In this document: positions 17,732 to 28,881 of the stretch, piece after piece
How the letters are laid out: every line of letters starts with the position of its first letter
Numbering within the stretch: position 1 is the first letter of the stretch
Source: Desulfomonilia bacterium
Lineage (GTDB): Bacteria > Desulfobacterota > Desulfomonilia > UBA1062
Length of the DNA: 64,000 bases
Direction: 5' to 3'
Assembly (NCBI GenBank): GCA_963664325.2
Contig: CAXXDQ010000003.1
Coordinates: 832,001 to 896,000 of the forward strand
The notes under the pieces: model-generated
Database searches by the model: none
What the model was told of the DNA's origin: nothing
What the model saw: the letters and a program-made list of their open reading frames with translations, nothing else
Translations under genes and position numbers: made by a program

Positions 17732-19126
17732 ATGAAAAGAAGAATGTTTCTGATCTTGTTGTTAGCGGGATTGGTTATAGCTGCAGGGCTATCTGGGTGC
17801 ATTTTCTCGACCTCTCCTGACTCCAGCAAGGGCATATTGATGAAGCCCGGAGAGACAAAGGTTTTCAAGGTCAACGGCGCGAACCTCAATTCGTCCGTGA
17901 CCCAGTGCAGCTGGTTTATCGACAGGAAGGACGGGAGTCCCAAAGAGGTCATCGAGAGAACAGACCATATAGAATTCACAGCCAATCCCGAAGGCGAAAA
18001 GTACAACAGGGTAGTAATCGAGTGTGCTTTTTACAGGTTGATGTGGGTCCCTCCCGAAGGCGGAGGCGGCGGAGGCTGGGTTTTCATAGAAACAAGCAGA
18101 AAGACATGGAACGTCTGTGTAGCCAGGAACACCGCCCCTGTATGGCAAGGCGATTTCTACTTGAGTAACAGTGCGGATATGCAGGCGCTGGATGGCTATT
18201 CTGAAATCACCGGCTCGGTGTATGTCATGGAAACAAAATTGAAAAGCCTGGAGGGATTGATTGCTCCCAGCAGGATTGATGGAAGCCTTGTAATAATTGA
18301 AAACCCTGTCTTGAAAAACCTTGCCGGTCTTGAAGGTCTTGCGTCAGTAGGAGAAGATCTGAGAATCAGCTCCAATGATTCTTTGAAGAGCCTTTCCGGT
18401 CTGGAAAATCTTTCATCTGTCGGCCGTTTTGCCAGAATCGAGTGGAATGACTCGCTGGAAAACGTGTCCGGCCTTGAAGGTCTGACGGTTGGCGATACGC
18501 TTTGGATCGAAGTAAACAATGACCTGAAAAGCCTTTCAGGCATGAAAAACGTCACGGCTTCTGATTTGTTTATTATGAATAATGACTCTTTAACAAGCCT
18601 TTCGGGTCTAGAGAACATAACCGCACGGTATATGTGGATATACAACAATCAGAGTATGGCGGACCTGTCCGGCGCAGCTAATGTCAAAGCCTGGCAACTC
18701 GACATCGACAACAACTACAGCCTGGCAAGCCTGTCCGGCATCGGGAATATTGAATTCGACTCGTTGAGCCTAAAGGAGAACCATAGTTTGACGAGCCTGT
18801 CCGGCCTTGAGTATCTGACATCCGCACCCGTAAGTATAACTATTGAAGACAATATGGCTTTGACAGATCTTTCCGGCCTCAGAAATCTGACCTTTGCCTG
18901 GTGCCTGGAGATAAGAGGAAATTCCTCCCTGGCGGCATTGGGGATGGACTCTCTTCAGAGAGTGGATTGTTTATTCGAGATAACTGACAACCCCAAGCTT
19001 TGCACATCACTGGCCGAGGCTTTCAGGGACCAGCTCCTTGCGAGGGGAGGCATCGGGGGAGGTGAAGGATGCTTCATATCACCCTTTGTAATAATTGATT
19101 CCAACAAGGACTGCAGCGGGTCTTGA
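17732..19126 (+). CDS. Lipoprotein with receptor L-domain repeats (paralog 3)
   Basis: Lipobox GLSGC; many NDSL.SLSGLEN repeats; shared C-cap NPKLCTSLAE...NKDC. Confidence 0.85.
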   Translation: MKRRMFLILLLAGLVIAAGLSGCIFSTSPDSSKGILMKPGETKVFKVNGANLNSSVTQCSWFIDRKDGSPKEVIERTDHIEFTANPEGEKYNRVVIECAFYRLMWVPPEGGGGGGWVFIETSRKTWNVCVARNTAPVWQGDFYLSNSADMQALDGYSEITGSVYVMETKLKSLEGLIAPSRIDGSLVIIENPVLKNLAGLEGLASVGEDLRISSNDSLKSLSGLENLSSVGRFARIEWNDSLENVSGLEGLTVGDTLWIEVNNDLKSLSGMKNVTASDLFIMNNDSLTSLSGLENITARYMWIYNNQSMADLSGAANVKAWQLDIDNNYSLASLSGIGNIEFDSLSLKENHSLTSLSGLEYLTSAPVSITIEDNMALTDLSGLRNLTFAWCLEIRGNSSLAALGMDSLQRVDCLFEITDNPKLCTSLAEAFRDQLLARGGIGGGEGCFISPFVIIDSNKDCSGS

Positions 19127-19163
19127 TGCAGGTATGAAGGGACTGTGATGATATCAGACCCGT

Positions 19164-19691
19164 TTATTTGATCGCGAATCTTATGATATTCCTTATGGAA
19201 TCAAATGCGATATCATCGGCGTTTATGCTTTGAGGAGCCATGAAGACGATATCTTCAACATCATCGGCCGGTTCAATCTTTGAGATGTCATCTATGCTGC
19301 ATATGAACGCCAGGTCGATGGTGAAGTATGTAAGCCCGGAATAGACATATTGGTTCGGGAAGGAGCACAGGTACTTTGCGTCAGAAACGGCCACGCCGAG
19401 CTCCTCTCTGAGTTCCCTTTCCAAGGCCTCCTCGACGCTCTCGAACGGGTCAACGAATCCGCCGGGGAGGTCGAGCATGCCTTTCTTTGGGTCCTTGGCC
19501 CTTCTGGTAACAAGAAGTTTTCCTTCAGAATCAAGGATCAATGCACAGACTGCCGCGCATGCGTTGCTGAAGAAATGCATGCCGCAGTCTCTGCAAATAA
19601 AAGAAAAATCATGCTGAGGTACGAAAGGCCCGGAGCACCTGGGACAGAACTTCAATATCTTTTCCGGATAGGTATCTGTTTCCGGCATCAA
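19164..19691 (-). CDS. NUDIX hydrolase with N-terminal zinc ribbon
   Basis: CPRC...CRDC; Nudix box [23 protein letters not shown]. Confidence 0.9.
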   Translation of the reverse strand: MMPETDTYPEKILKFCPRCSGPFVPQHDFSFICRDCGMHFFSNACAAVCALILDSEGKLLVTRRAKDPKKGMLDLPGGFVDPFESVEEALERELREELGVAVSDAKYLCSFPNQYVYSGLTYFTIDLAFICSIDDISKIEPADDVEDIVFMAPQSINADDIAFDSIRNIIRFAIK

Positions 19692-22600
19692 AGGTTCCTG
19701 TAGAATTCCTGGAGAGGGTTCACATCCCAGTTGCCTGACTTTAGCGCGAGAATAGCCTCGGCTATTGCTCGCGAGGCTTCGAGCGTTGTCGTGTACGGGA
19801 TATTATACCTGATGGCGCTCTGGCGAATGTTTATGGCGTCGGCCGAAGGCCTTCTGCCTATGCTTGTATTGATTATCAGCTGAACTTCGCCGTTCTTGAT
19901 ATGGTCCACGATGTTCGGCCGTCCTTCACTGACCTTTATAACGACCCTGGCCGGGATCCCGGCCTGATTGAGTTCGTGTGCCGTACCGCCGGTTGCCAGC
20001 AGGCTGAACCCCATGTCAACAAAACGCCGTGCAGTCTCAAGCACGCGTTTTTTATGGGTGTCATGGACGCTGATAAAGACATTACCTGATAAGGGCAGCT
20101 TGAAGCCCGTTGCCATCTGCGCCTTTGCGAAGGCGAGGCCGAAAGAGGAATCTATGCCCATGACTTCGCCTGTGGAACGCATTTCTGGGCCGAGTATGAC
20201 ATTGACATTAGGGAAACGAGAGAAGGGGAAGACGGACTCCTTGACAGAGATGTGCTTGGGCCAGACCTGTTCCGTGAACCCGAGTTCTGGAAGAGTCTTT
20301 CCCATCATGACCTTTGTCGCAAGCTGGGCGAGCGGCCTGCCTATGGCCTTGCTGACGAACGGGGCTGTCCTTGACGCGCGCGGGTTTACTTCCAGGACAT
20401 ATACAGTCCCGTCTTTTATCGCAAACTGGATATTCATCAGTCCCACGACATTCAATTCGGCAGCGATCATCTTTGTCTGGTGCTGTATCGTTTCTATCAG
20501 TGCGGAAGAAATTGTCACATGCGGAAGCACGCAGGCGCTGTCGCCCGAATGTATGCCGGCTTCTTCTATGTGTTCCATTATCCCGCCTATGACTGTCATT
20601 GTGCCGTCGCTGATCGCATCGACATCGACCTCAACGGCGTCCTCGAGGAATTTGTCGATCAGTATGGCGTTATCCGGAAATGTTTCAAATACCCTTGCCA
20701 TGAATTCCTGAAGCGTCCTGGTGTCATAAATGATTTCCATCGAGCGCCCGCCCAGCACGTATGACGGCCTGACCAGTACCGGGTAGCCGATGCGCTTGGC
20801 TGACTCGACAGCTTTTTCTGTTGTGAAAGCAATATCGCTGTCCGGCTGTTTGAGCCCGAGTTTTTTTACAATCTCATTGAAGCGCTCCCTGTCCTCAGCC
20901 CTGTCGATCGAGTCGGGCGAAGTACCAAGAATCTTAACACCGGCGGCGGCAAGGCCTTTTGCAAGGTTGAGCGGTGTCTGTCCCCCGAACTGCACTATCA
21001 CTCCGAGGGGTTTTTCCTTTCTTATTATATGCAGCACATCTTCATGGGTGAGGGGCTCGAAGAAAAGCTTGTCCGATATGTCATAATCGGTACTCACTGT
21101 TTCGGGATTCGAATTGACCATGATGCTCTCGTAGCCCATATCTCTAAGGGCGAAAGAGGCATGCGTGCAGCAGTAGTCGAATTCTATGCCCTGACCGATG
21201 CGGTTGGGGCCACCGCCCAGTATTACGACCTTCCTGTTCGGGCTGGGCTTTGCCTCGCATTCCGTCTCATAGGTCGAATAGTAATACGGGGTATAGGCCT
21301 CGAATTCTGCGGCGCAGGTATCGACCAGCTTGTAGACAGGTTCAATGCCCTCATCGTATCGCCACTGTCTGATTTCCTCTTCTTTCCTGCCCCATATTTC
21401 GGCAAGCCGTTTATCGGAAAAACCCATGCGTTTGGCGGTTTTCAGCGTCCGGGCATCGGGTTTGTGGTTTTTCAGCTCCTCTTCGGCATCAACAATGTTC
21501 CTCATCTGAGTAAGGAACCAGGGATCGATGCCTGTCAGGCGGTGTATGGATTCATCGTCCATTCCGAATCGCATGGCCTCTGCTATTGCAAAAAGTCTTT
21601 TCGAGTTGGGCGTGGAAAGAAGGCCCATGAGGTTCTTCTTGCTCGCCGGGGTCTTCTCCACATTAAGCGAGCCGAGTCCGAACCGGCCGATTTCAAGCGA
21701 GCGCACGGCCTTCTGAAGCGCTTCCTTGAAGGTTCGGCCTATGGCCATTGTCTCGCCGACTGATTTCATGGATGTTGTAAGAAGGTCTTCGGTTTCAGGG
21801 AATTTTTCAAATGTCCAGCGCGGGAATTTGACGACGCAGTAATCTATCGTGGGCTCGAATGATGCGAATGTTTCTTTGGTTATGTCATTCGGGATTTCAT
21901 CCAGCGTATAACCGCAGGCAAGCTTTGCGGCGATCCTGGCGATCGGGAAGCCGGTCGCCTTTGATGCCAGTGCGGACGAGCGCGACACGCGGGGATTCAT
22001 CTCGATGATTACCAGTTCTCCGTCCCTGGGGTTTATTGCGAACTGAACATTTGAACCGCCTGTTTCCACGCCTATCTCGCGCATGATCTTTATGGCAGCA
22101 TCCCTCATGCGCTGGTATTCGATATCGGTCAGCGTCTGGGCGGGCGCCACGGTAATGGAATCGCCAGTATGAACACCCATCGGGTCAAAGTTTTCAATCG
22201 AGCAGATGATAACGACGTTGTCCGCCTTGTCGCGCATGACCTCAAGCTCGAATTCCTTCCAGCCGATAACGGATTCTTCGAGCATGATCTCGCCTATCAT
22301 GCTTGCATCGAGCCCCATCTTGGCCTGCAGGCTCAGATCTTCCAGATTGTAGGCCACGCCGCCGCCGATGCCCCCCAGTGTAAACGACGGCCTGACTATT
22401 ATCGGGAAGCCGATTTCGTTGGCGACTCCAAACGCCTCGTCCATGTTTCTTGCAAATCCGCTTCTGGGAACCCTGAGCCCGATATTTCTCATGGCATCAC
22501 GGAATTTTTCCCTGTCTTCGGCCTTGTGGATTACGTCGATTGATGCCCCGATCATCTCTACGCCGAATTTTTCCAGCACACCCATCTCGGCCACTTCAAC

Positions 22601-22897
22601 GGCGGTATTAAGGCCGGTCTGGCCGCCTAAAGTCGGAAGCAGGGCATCGGGCCTTTCCTTTTCGATTATTTTTGCAACCGCTTCTGCGGTTACTGGTTCA
22701 ATATACGTCCTGTCCGACATGTCTGGGTCTGTCATGATTGTCGCGGGATTCGAGTTTATGAGAATTACCTCATATCCTTCCTCCCTGAGAGCCTTGCAGG
22801 CCTGTGAGCCTGAATAATCGAATTCGCAGGCCTGGCTTATAACAATCGGACCGGCGCCGATTATGAGGATTTTCTTCATGTCAGTACGCTTCGGCAT
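19688..22897 (-). CDS. carB: Carbamoyl-phosphate synthase large subunit
   Basis: MPKRTD...[15 protein letters not shown], duplicated ATP-grasp domains, C-terminal MGS domain. Confidence 0.98.
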   Translation of the reverse strand: MPKRTDMKKILIIGAGPIVISQACEFDYSGSQACKALREEGYEVILINSNPATIMTDPDMSDRTYIEPVTAEAVAKIIEKERPDALLPTLGGQTGLNTAVEVAEMGVLEKFGVEMIGASIDVIHKAEDREKFRDAMRNIGLRVPRSGFARNMDEAFGVANEIGFPIIVRPSFTLGGIGGGVAYNLEDLSLQAKMGLDASMIGEIMLEESVIGWKEFELEVMRDKADNVVIICSIENFDPMGVHTGDSITVAPAQTLTDIEYQRMRDAAIKIMREIGVETGGSNVQFAINPRDGELVIIEMNPRVSRSSALASKATGFPIARIAAKLACGYTLDEIPNDITKETFASFEPTIDYCVVKFPRWTFEKFPETEDLLTTSMKSVGETMAIGRTFKEALQKAVRSLEIGRFGLGSLNVEKTPASKKNLMGLLSTPNSKRLFAIAEAMRFGMDDESIHRLTGIDPWFLTQMRNIVDAEEELKNHKPDARTLKTAKRMGFSDKRLAEIWGRKEEEIRQWRYDEGIEPVYKLVDTCAAEFEAYTPYYYSTYETECEAKPSPNRKVVILGGGPNRIGQGIEFDYCCTHASFALRDMGYESIMVNSNPETVSTDYDISDKLFFEPLTHEDVLHIIRKEKPLGVIVQFGGQTPLNLAKGLAAAGVKILGTSPDSIDRAEDRERFNEIVKKLGLKQPDSDIAFTTEKAVESAKRIGYPVLVRPSYVLGGRSMEIIYDTRTLQEFMARVFETFPDNAILIDKFLEDAVEVDVDAISDGTMTVIGGIMEHIEEAGIHSGDSACVLPHVTISSALIETIQHQTKMIAAELNVVGLMNIQFAIKDGTVYVLEVNPRASRTAPFVSKAIGRPLAQLATKVMMGKTLPELGFTEQVWPKHISVKESVFPFSRFPNVNVILGPEMRSTGEVMGIDSSFGLAFAKAQMATGFKLPLSGNVFISVHDTHKKRVLETARRFVDMGFSLLATGGTAHELNQAGIPARVVIKVSEGRPNIVDHIKNGEVQLIINTSIGRRPSADAINIRQSAIRYNIPYTTTLEASRAIAEAILALKSGNWDVNPLQEFYRNL

Positions 22898-24028
22898 CTA
22901 TTTCTCCTCCATAAGCGCAATGAAATCCCTGAAGAGATAGTTGGAATCAAAAGGCCCGGGTGCAGCCTCAGGATGATACTGGACGCTGAAGGCCTTTCTC
23001 CTGGGATAAACAAGACCTTCAAGCGAATTGTCGTTAAGGTTGATATGGGTAACAATTGCGTCATCGGGCAAGGTTTCGGTGACCACGACAAAACCGTGAT
23101 TCTGTGACGTTATTTCGATTCTTCCTGTCCGCAGGTTCTTGACAGGCTGATTCACCCCATGATGGCCGAATTTTAGCTTTGACGTCTTTCCGCCTGCGGC
23201 AATCCCCATAAGCTGATGCCCGAGGCATATCCCGAAAACCGGGACCCGGCCGAGAATGGTTCTTACGGTTTCGATTATATAATCAAGCGGTTCAGGGTCT
23301 CCAGGACCGTTTGACAGCATGATGCCGTCAGGTTCCCAGTTCATGATATCTGATGCCTGCGTTGTCGACGGCACAACAACGACCTGGCAGCCGTGTCCTT
23401 CCAAGTGTCTGAGTATATTGTATTTCACGCCGCAGTCCAGCACGACAACCCGCTTTCTCCGGCCCCTTGAGCCTGCTTCCGAAATAGGTTTTTTACCGCC
23501 TTCATCCCACAGGTACGCAACTTTACCTGTTACATGCCGGACCATGTCCTGGCCGACCAGGCCGGGATAGGCACGGAGCCTTTCGAGGAGTCCATTCGGG
23601 TCACTGATATTGTTTGATATCACACCCTTCATGGCGCCCGCGGTACGGAGCTTTTTTGTTATGGCCCTTATATCGACATCATCGAGTCCGGGTTTGCCGA
23701 ATTTTTCAAGGAAGCTTTTAAGCGTTCTTGTTGAACGGAAATTGCTCGGGGCACCTTGATATTCACGGACTACAAAGCCTTCCATGTGAATTGCATCCGA
23801 TTCCATGTCTTCCTGGTTTATTCCGTAATTGCCTATCAGGGGGTAGGTCATTACCAGTATCTGGCCCTTGTAGGATGGGTCGGTAAGAACCTCCTGATAG
23901 CCTGCCATTCCGGTATTGAAAACGACTTCCCCGAATACCTCACCGCTGCCTGCAAAGGCATATCCGTCATATACGCTGCCATCCTCAAGCATGAGCAGGG
24001 CCGGCGGGTCAGTCCTGAAAAGAGGCAA
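22898..24028 (-). CDS. carA: Carbamoyl-phosphate synthase small subunit
   Basis: GEVVFNTGMAGYQE, SNGPGDP, GICLGHQ, QYHPEAAPGP. Confidence 0.98.
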   Translation of the reverse strand: MPLFRTDPPALLMLEDGSVYDGYAFAGSGEVFGEVVFNTGMAGYQEVLTDPSYKGQILVMTYPLIGNYGINQEDMESDAIHMEGFVVREYQGAPSNFRSTRTLKSFLEKFGKPGLDDVDIRAITKKLRTAGAMKGVISNNISDPNGLLERLRAYPGLVGQDMVRHVTGKVAYLWDEGGKKPISEAGSRGRRKRVVVLDCGVKYNILRHLEGHGCQVVVVPSTTQASDIMNWEPDGIMLSNGPGDPEPLDYIIETVRTILGRVPVFGICLGHQLMGIAAGGKTSKLKFGHHGVNQPVKNLRTGRIEITSQNHGFVVVTETLPDDAIVTHINLNDNSLEGLVYPRRKAFSVQYHPEAAPGPFDSNYLFRDFIALMEEK

Positions 24029-24157
24029 AATTTCCTCCTGGTTAAAATCCGCGGAAGGGATTTTTGAGACTCCTGTTTAATCGGGCGGCATGCCTTTTGT
24101 CAACAATATTAAGCTGGTCCTTCATACTTATTTCATATTTGAATCATTATGGTCTTT

Positions 24158-25420
24158 TCAAGACAAGCTTGATATTACAGTTTTTATGAGTTTAGTCAGA
24201 TTGGAAAGCCCGCCTGATAATCTTTTTATATACAGCATTGAGATGCTTTTTGATTTTTGATCCTTGTAACGTTTTTTCATAAAGGAGGACGAAGGGAAGG
24301 CCGCTTCAAAAACAAACTTCACCTTCTGCTTCAAAGGCAGCTGTTTTATTACGTACAGGTACTGCCTGGTCGATGTCTTCATCGGCTGGGAGTTGAGCTT
24401 GAGGATGAATGCATTTCTGTTTGAATTCAGGCGGCTTTCAACCGGAAGGGCTTTGCCGAAAAGTTCTTCACAGATACGTGATGCAAACATGAGGATATCC
24501 GTCAGGCCGAGCTTTTCAAAAATGCCTGAAAGCTCGTCCCAGTCGATCAGGTGATTCCATTTTTCCGCGATGAAATATGTTTCATAAAAGTGAAACAGTC
24601 CCGAGACAGCTGTGCCGTGGCAGTAATATACGTGCAGTATCTGATGGATAAGGCAGACCGTATGCGAAAGCATAAAAAGCCCCGGGATATTTTGGAAAAA
24701 TCTGTTATCCGGTATGGGCACAAGCTGTTCAAAAACCCAGCTGTTAAAGTCAAATCCTTTTTGCTGATATTGCTTGAGGAGCTTCCAGTGAAGTTCGATG
24801 ATCAGACCGTTTGCTGCAGTATTTCTTATCATCAGGTGTTTATCTTCAAGGATAGAGGATGACACGGGCCCCGAATGGGTTTTGTCTTCAACTAAAACAC
24901 TGTATCCGGCATTCTTCAGCTTGTCAGCAACCGCATTCAGGTTTTCATCACTGACGAGCAGGTCTGTATCGCACATATTTCTCAGAGATGTGTCTTCATA
25001 AAGAGTTAAAGCCATTACGCTGCCTTTGAGCATAATGACAGGCTGAAACACAGGCAGGACAGCAGGGAAGACGTTTCCTGAGAGCTCTTTATAGCGCAGT
25101 TCGTTTGTATGCTTTATTCGCATTCTCATGGCGCTGAAATTAAGCCATATATCCATGGGAATCTGTTCAAGAAGGGTTTTCAATTCGGGTTTTTTGCTGT
25201 TCATCAATGCCGCAACACCTTCACCAAGCGCTACTCTTTCAAAAAGCCGCCAGTCGTCAGCCGAGTACTCGGTCCAGGCAGCTTCATTGCACCTGTCCGA
25301 GAGGCATTTGCAGATGTCGAGGTAGACCTTCAGCAGATTATCTGCATTGTCATAACGCTCTTCAAGGGCCTCAAGAGGAATGTTCGTATTCTTTGGTCTG
25401 CTCTTTCCATGATCTGGCAT
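24158..25420 (-). CDS. Nucleotidyltransferase family protein (NTP_transf_5-like), RiPP-cluster associated
   Basis: MLKG...LY....R.MCDTDLLV and IELHW motifs; start uncertain (overlaps the ABC gene end). Confidence 0.8.
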   Translation of the reverse strand: MPDHGKSRPKNTNIPLEALEERYDNADNLLKVYLDICKCLSDRCNEAAWTEYSADDWRLFERVALGEGVAALMNSKKPELKTLLEQIPMDIWLNFSAMRMRIKHTNELRYKELSGNVFPAVLPVFQPVIMLKGSVMALTLYEDTSLRNMCDTDLLVSDENLNAVADKLKNAGYSVLVEDKTHSGPVSSSILEDKHLMIRNTAANGLIIELHWKLLKQYQQKGFDFNSWVFEQLVPIPDNRFFQNIPGLFMLSHTVCLIHQILHVYYCHGTAVSGLFHFYETYFIAEKWNHLIDWDELSGIFEKLGLTDILMFASRICEELFGKALPVESRLNSNRNAFILKLNSQPMKTSTRQYLYVIKQLPLKQKVKFVFEAAFPSSSFMKKRYKDQKSKSISMLYIKRLSGGLSNLTKLIKTVISSLS

Positions 25421-27242
25421 ACATGCCGCCCTTTTTTATGAGTTCATCATGAGTTCCTGATTCAACAATACTGCCTTTATCCATTACATGTATAATATCA
25501 GCCTGCATGGCCGTGGTGAACCTGTGGGTTATGATCAACGAGGTCTTTCCCCGAGCAAGAGCTTTAAACCTTTTGAGCCAGTCGTTTTCAGCCCACGAAT
25601 CCATGGAGCTTGTCGGTTCGTCAAGCATCAGGATTGCCGAGTTTCTCAAAAAAGCCCTCGCAAGGGCAACCCTCTGCCATTCCCCCAGGCTCAGGTCCGA
25701 ACCGCCGAACCACTTTCCGAGAACGGTTTCATAACCATTGGGAAGTCTTGAAATCGGGACATCGGCACCCGATGAGACCGCAGCCCTTTTTATATCATCC
25801 AGACCAGGTCCGGATTCCATACTGCCAAAGGCGATATTATCAAATGCCGTTGCATTGAAATGAACCGGTTCCTGAAAGAGCACGCTTATCCTTCCCCTGT
25901 GCCTTTTCAAATCCAGATCCTTCATATCGACACCGTCTAGAAGCACCCTGCCGCTTTCAGGGTCATAGAACCTGCATATGAGTCTGGTAAGAGTGCTCTT
26001 GCCCGCTCCGTTCGGGCCTACAATGGCTGTAGTTATGCCTGCTGGTATCTTAATGCTGAATTTCTTTATGACGTGATCTGCGCCGCAGGGGTATCTGAAA
26101 GTTGCATTGTCGAATACGATACCGTCTTTAAGGGAAGAATCGAATTCCAAGGGTTCAGCAGGGTTCTTCACCGTTGGCTCGATGCCGAAGAATACGAAGA
26201 GGTCGTCAACGAACATGCTGTTCTTGTATATAGTTCCAACATTGCCCAGTACATTTTTCATCAGACCCTGACCCTGGTTGAATGCCTGGTAGAGCATTGC
26301 GACTTCTCCCAGGTTGGCCTTTCCGTGTGCAGCCCTTAAAAGAATCCATATAACTGCAATTCCTATCACTGCCATGCCGAAAAGTTGAGCAGCGAATTCT
26401 GCCACGGCCTGCTCCCTGGTAAGCGCAATCTTTTCGTTTCTCAATACGGCCCTCAAGTTCTGATAACTTTTCCTGAAACTGTCACCCAGGCCGTAAAGCC
26501 TTATTTCCTGTGCGGAGTTCCTGTGGGTAATCATATGGTCGTAATAACCGGCCATCCTGGAGTCGGGCGTTCTCATTATTCTCCAGCTGTTCATCTTCCT
26601 CGAGTAGTAGCCTATTATGAACAGTGCGGGAATTGTGCCCACGAATAAGAGGACAGGCAGCAGAACTCCGAATGAAAAAAGTATGCCTGCCATTGCAAAA
26701 AGGGTGATGCAGCTCTGTACGAGCATGCCCAGGTTGTCGAGCAGAGTCTGCGGCATGTTCTTGGCATCGTTCTGCGCCCTGTAAAGCTTATCGAACGATT
26801 CCGGGGATTCGAAAAAGGCCATGTCCATCTCAAGGGCTTTTTCGTGGATCCTGTTTGTCATGGTGTCCTGTATGATTTCCGTCTGCTTTATTTTTACAAG
26901 TTTCTGTGCAAAACCGGCGATACTGTTTGCCAGATATATGATAATAAACAGCAGGGCCAGAGATACTGTTTTCGAGGCGTCGGTTCCCCTCCCCGAAATA
27001 GTAATGGTCAGGCTGTTTATGAAGGCTTTTGTCAGATACACGGTTGCAACCGGAAGAATGCCCTGAACGATAAGAAGGCACGCCCACAGTATCGTCCATT
27101 TACGGGCGATGTCCCAGACAAGGGCGGTAGCCTTGAAGAGGTTCCTTGTCAGCAAACTTATATTGTCCCAGATTTCTTTCGGGCTTTTGAATATCTTTTC
27201 ATCCACAAAGAAAACTATCTCATTAGATTTGATTCGATACAA
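25371..27242 (-). CDS. ABC exporter, fused permease-ATPase (no C39 domain)
   Basis: TM helices, GPNGAGKST, LSLGEWQRVALAR, LDEPT, THR; start uncertain. Confidence 0.92.
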   Translation of the reverse strand: MYRIKSNEIVFFVDEKIFKSPKEIWDNISLLTRNLFKATALVWDIARKWTILWACLLIVQGILPVATVYLTKAFINSLTITISGRGTDASKTVSLALLFIIIYLANSIAGFAQKLVKIKQTEIIQDTMTNRIHEKALEMDMAFFESPESFDKLYRAQNDAKNMPQTLLDNLGMLVQSCITLFAMAGILFSFGVLLPVLLFVGTIPALFIIGYYSRKMNSWRIMRTPDSRMAGYYDHMITHRNSAQEIRLYGLGDSFRKSYQNLRAVLRNEKIALTREQAVAEFAAQLFGMAVIGIAVIWILLRAAHGKANLGEVAMLYQAFNQGQGLMKNVLGNVGTIYKNSMFVDDLFVFFGIEPTVKNPAEPLEFDSSLKDGIVFDNATFRYPCGADHVIKKFSIKIPAGITTAIVGPNGAGKSTLTRLICRFYDPESGRVLLDGVDMKDLDLKRHRGRISVLFQEPVHFNATAFDNIAFGSMESGPGLDDIKRAAVSSGADVPISRLPNGYETVLGKWFGGSDLSLGEWQRVALARAFLRNSAILMLDEPTSSMDSWAENDWLKRFKALARGKTSLIITHRFTTAMQADIIHVMDKGSIVESGTHDELIKKGGMYARSWKEQTKEYEHSS

Positions 27243-27344
27243 CCTGTTTTTGGGGACATGATTGTTTCATGGTATTGCCATCCGGGTATAAATTCTGTAA
27301 GTCTGAATTTGTTGGGACGCAAATGATAATATTTGAGGGTTATT

Positions 27345-27527
27345 ATGAAGAAGGAACCATGGAAAAAACCTGAATTGATTGTCCTGGTGAAAAACCAGGC
27401 TGAAGAGGCCGTATTGAACGGATGCAAAGGTGGCGGTTCCACAACAAGCTTTTTATCACATAATGATAATTGTCATTCAGATGCTCCAGCCTGCACAACA
27501 TTATGCAGTTCTCCGCTAGCAAGCTGA
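27345..27527 (+). CDS. RiPP precursor peptide A1 (60 aa)
   Basis: MKKEPWKKPELIVLVKNQAEEAVLNGCKGGGSTTSFLSHNDNCHSDAPACTTLCSSPLAS; GAGGG RBS; four local paralogs. Confidence 0.88.
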   Translation: MKKEPWKKPELIVLVKNQAEEAVLNGCKGGGSTTSFLSHNDNCHSDAPACTTLCSSPLAS

Positions 27528-27591
27528 ATCGTGGATCAAATTCTGTTTCAATCTGAATTTGATAAGCAAAATCATATGGAGATAAAATAAG

Positions 27592-27795
27592 ATGAGAAAA
27601 GTAAGCAGAAAGAAAATAAGGACCGAGCCAGAGATGACCGTAATAGTCAGGAACATGCCTGAAGAAGCCGTTTTAACGGGATGCAAGAATGGCCCTGTAT
27701 ACACCGTGTCGGCTAATGATTACTGAGGGGGCTGTTATGCCCTTGGGGCATACAATCCTTGTCAGAACATATGCAATGCTTTGCAGGCTTCATAG
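27592..27795 (+). CDS. RiPP precursor peptide A2 with in-frame TGA (pseudogene or Sec recoding)
   Basis: MRKVSRKKIRTEPEMTVIVRNMPEEAVLTGCKNGPVYTVSANDY*GGCYALGAYNPCQNICNALQAS; TGA at 27724-27726; the family Cys/Ser pattern continues past it. Confidence 0.75.
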
Positions 27796-27843
27796 ATACG
27801 ACCATAAAAATGTCTTGAAATATTGAATCGCTCCACGGCATGC

Positions 27844-28881
27844 ATGAAGATGAATATTAAGATGGATCAAACTATTCAGGAAGACCGGCCTTCGCAATAT
27901 ATATTTCAGGGAGGAGAACTTCATCTTTCAAACTTAGGCCAGCTCGAGTTGCTGCGAGCAATGATGGAGCGCCGTGTTCCATTGCGCACGATGGTCCGCG
28001 GATTCAGCATGCATCCGTTCATCAGGGACGGGGATGTGCTCGTTATTTCGCCTCTAAACGGAAGGAAGCCTTCTCACGGTGATGTGGTTGCATTTACACA
28101 ACCGGTTATGGGAAGGCTCGCAGTTCACCGCATTGTCGGCAGATCAAAGTCGGGCCTGATTATACGCGGAGACAATTGCCATGAAGCGGACAGCGTCGTA
28201 ATGGCGGATCGCATACTGGGGAGAGTGACGCGCATCGAACGTTGCGGACGGACTGTCCGTACCGGTCTGGGCTATTCCGGCATGCTGATTGCAGCATTAA
28301 ATAAAGGTGATCGTTTGATGCGTGTAAAACATGTCATCAATACTCCCCGCCGGGCAGCAAGCTATGCGCTCAGGTACCTGCAGGCGGTTTCCTGCTATCG
28401 ACTTCTTCTCAGAAGACTGGCATTGGCAACTGTTATCGAAAAGGCCGATGAAAGCGATATGGAAGCCGTTCATAAGCGCTTCAATCCGTATAGTCCGTAT
28501 CGAAAGCAGCCAGATAATCCAGAAGTAACCAACTGGGTTGCCAGGCGCTCAGGCAAAGTACTTGGCTTCATACAGCTTGTGTATCATCCCGAAAAGCATT
28601 TCCCATGGGTTGGGTTCTGGCTTTTTTCTCTTCATGTATGGAGTTTATACCGAGGGTTTGGCGTAGGCGAAAAGCTTGCCCGCCGGGTTATTGAAAAAGC
28701 TGTCGAAATGGGTGCCCAAGAGCTCAACCTTGTTGTTTATGAAGACAACCTGAGCGCCATCAGGCTATATGGTAAACTCGGATTTGTGCATGCAACACTG
28801 CCAGGTCTCGAACCGATGTTTTTATCCGAACAGCAAAGGACCGGGCGAAGAAGAATAGTCATGCAAAAGCAATTGGGTTGA
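27844..28881 (+). CDS. S24/S26 peptidase - GNAT acetyltransferase fusion
   Basis: RGFSMHPFIRDGD, VHRIV, RGDN (signal-peptidase-like Ser/His); C-terminal YRGFGVGEKL...N.SAIRLYGKLGF (GNAT); start uncertain (27823-27862). Confidence 0.85.
   Translation: MKMNIKMDQTIQEDRPSQYIFQGGELHLSNLGQLELLRAMMERRVPLRTMVRGFSMHPFIRDGDVLVISPLNGRKPSHGDVVAFTQPVMGRLAVHRIVGRSKSGLIIRGDNCHEADSVVMADRILGRVTRIERCGRTVRTGLGYSGMLIAALNKGDRLMRVKHVINTPRRAASYALRYLQAVSCYRLLLRRLALATVIEKADESDMEAVHKRFNPYSPYRKQPDNPEVTNWVARRSGKVLGFIQLVYHPEKHFPWVGFWLFSLHVWSLYRGFGVGEKLARRVIEKAVEMGAQELNLVVYEDNLSAIRLYGKLGFVHATLPGLEPMFLSEQQRTGRRRIVMQKQLG

Noticed and set aside
16081-18960. Recurring AGCCTGTCCGG-like DNA repeats as a CRISPR array or DGR
   Set aside because: They encode the SLSGL protein repeat; spacing is in-frame, with no cas or reverse transcriptase gene in the window.
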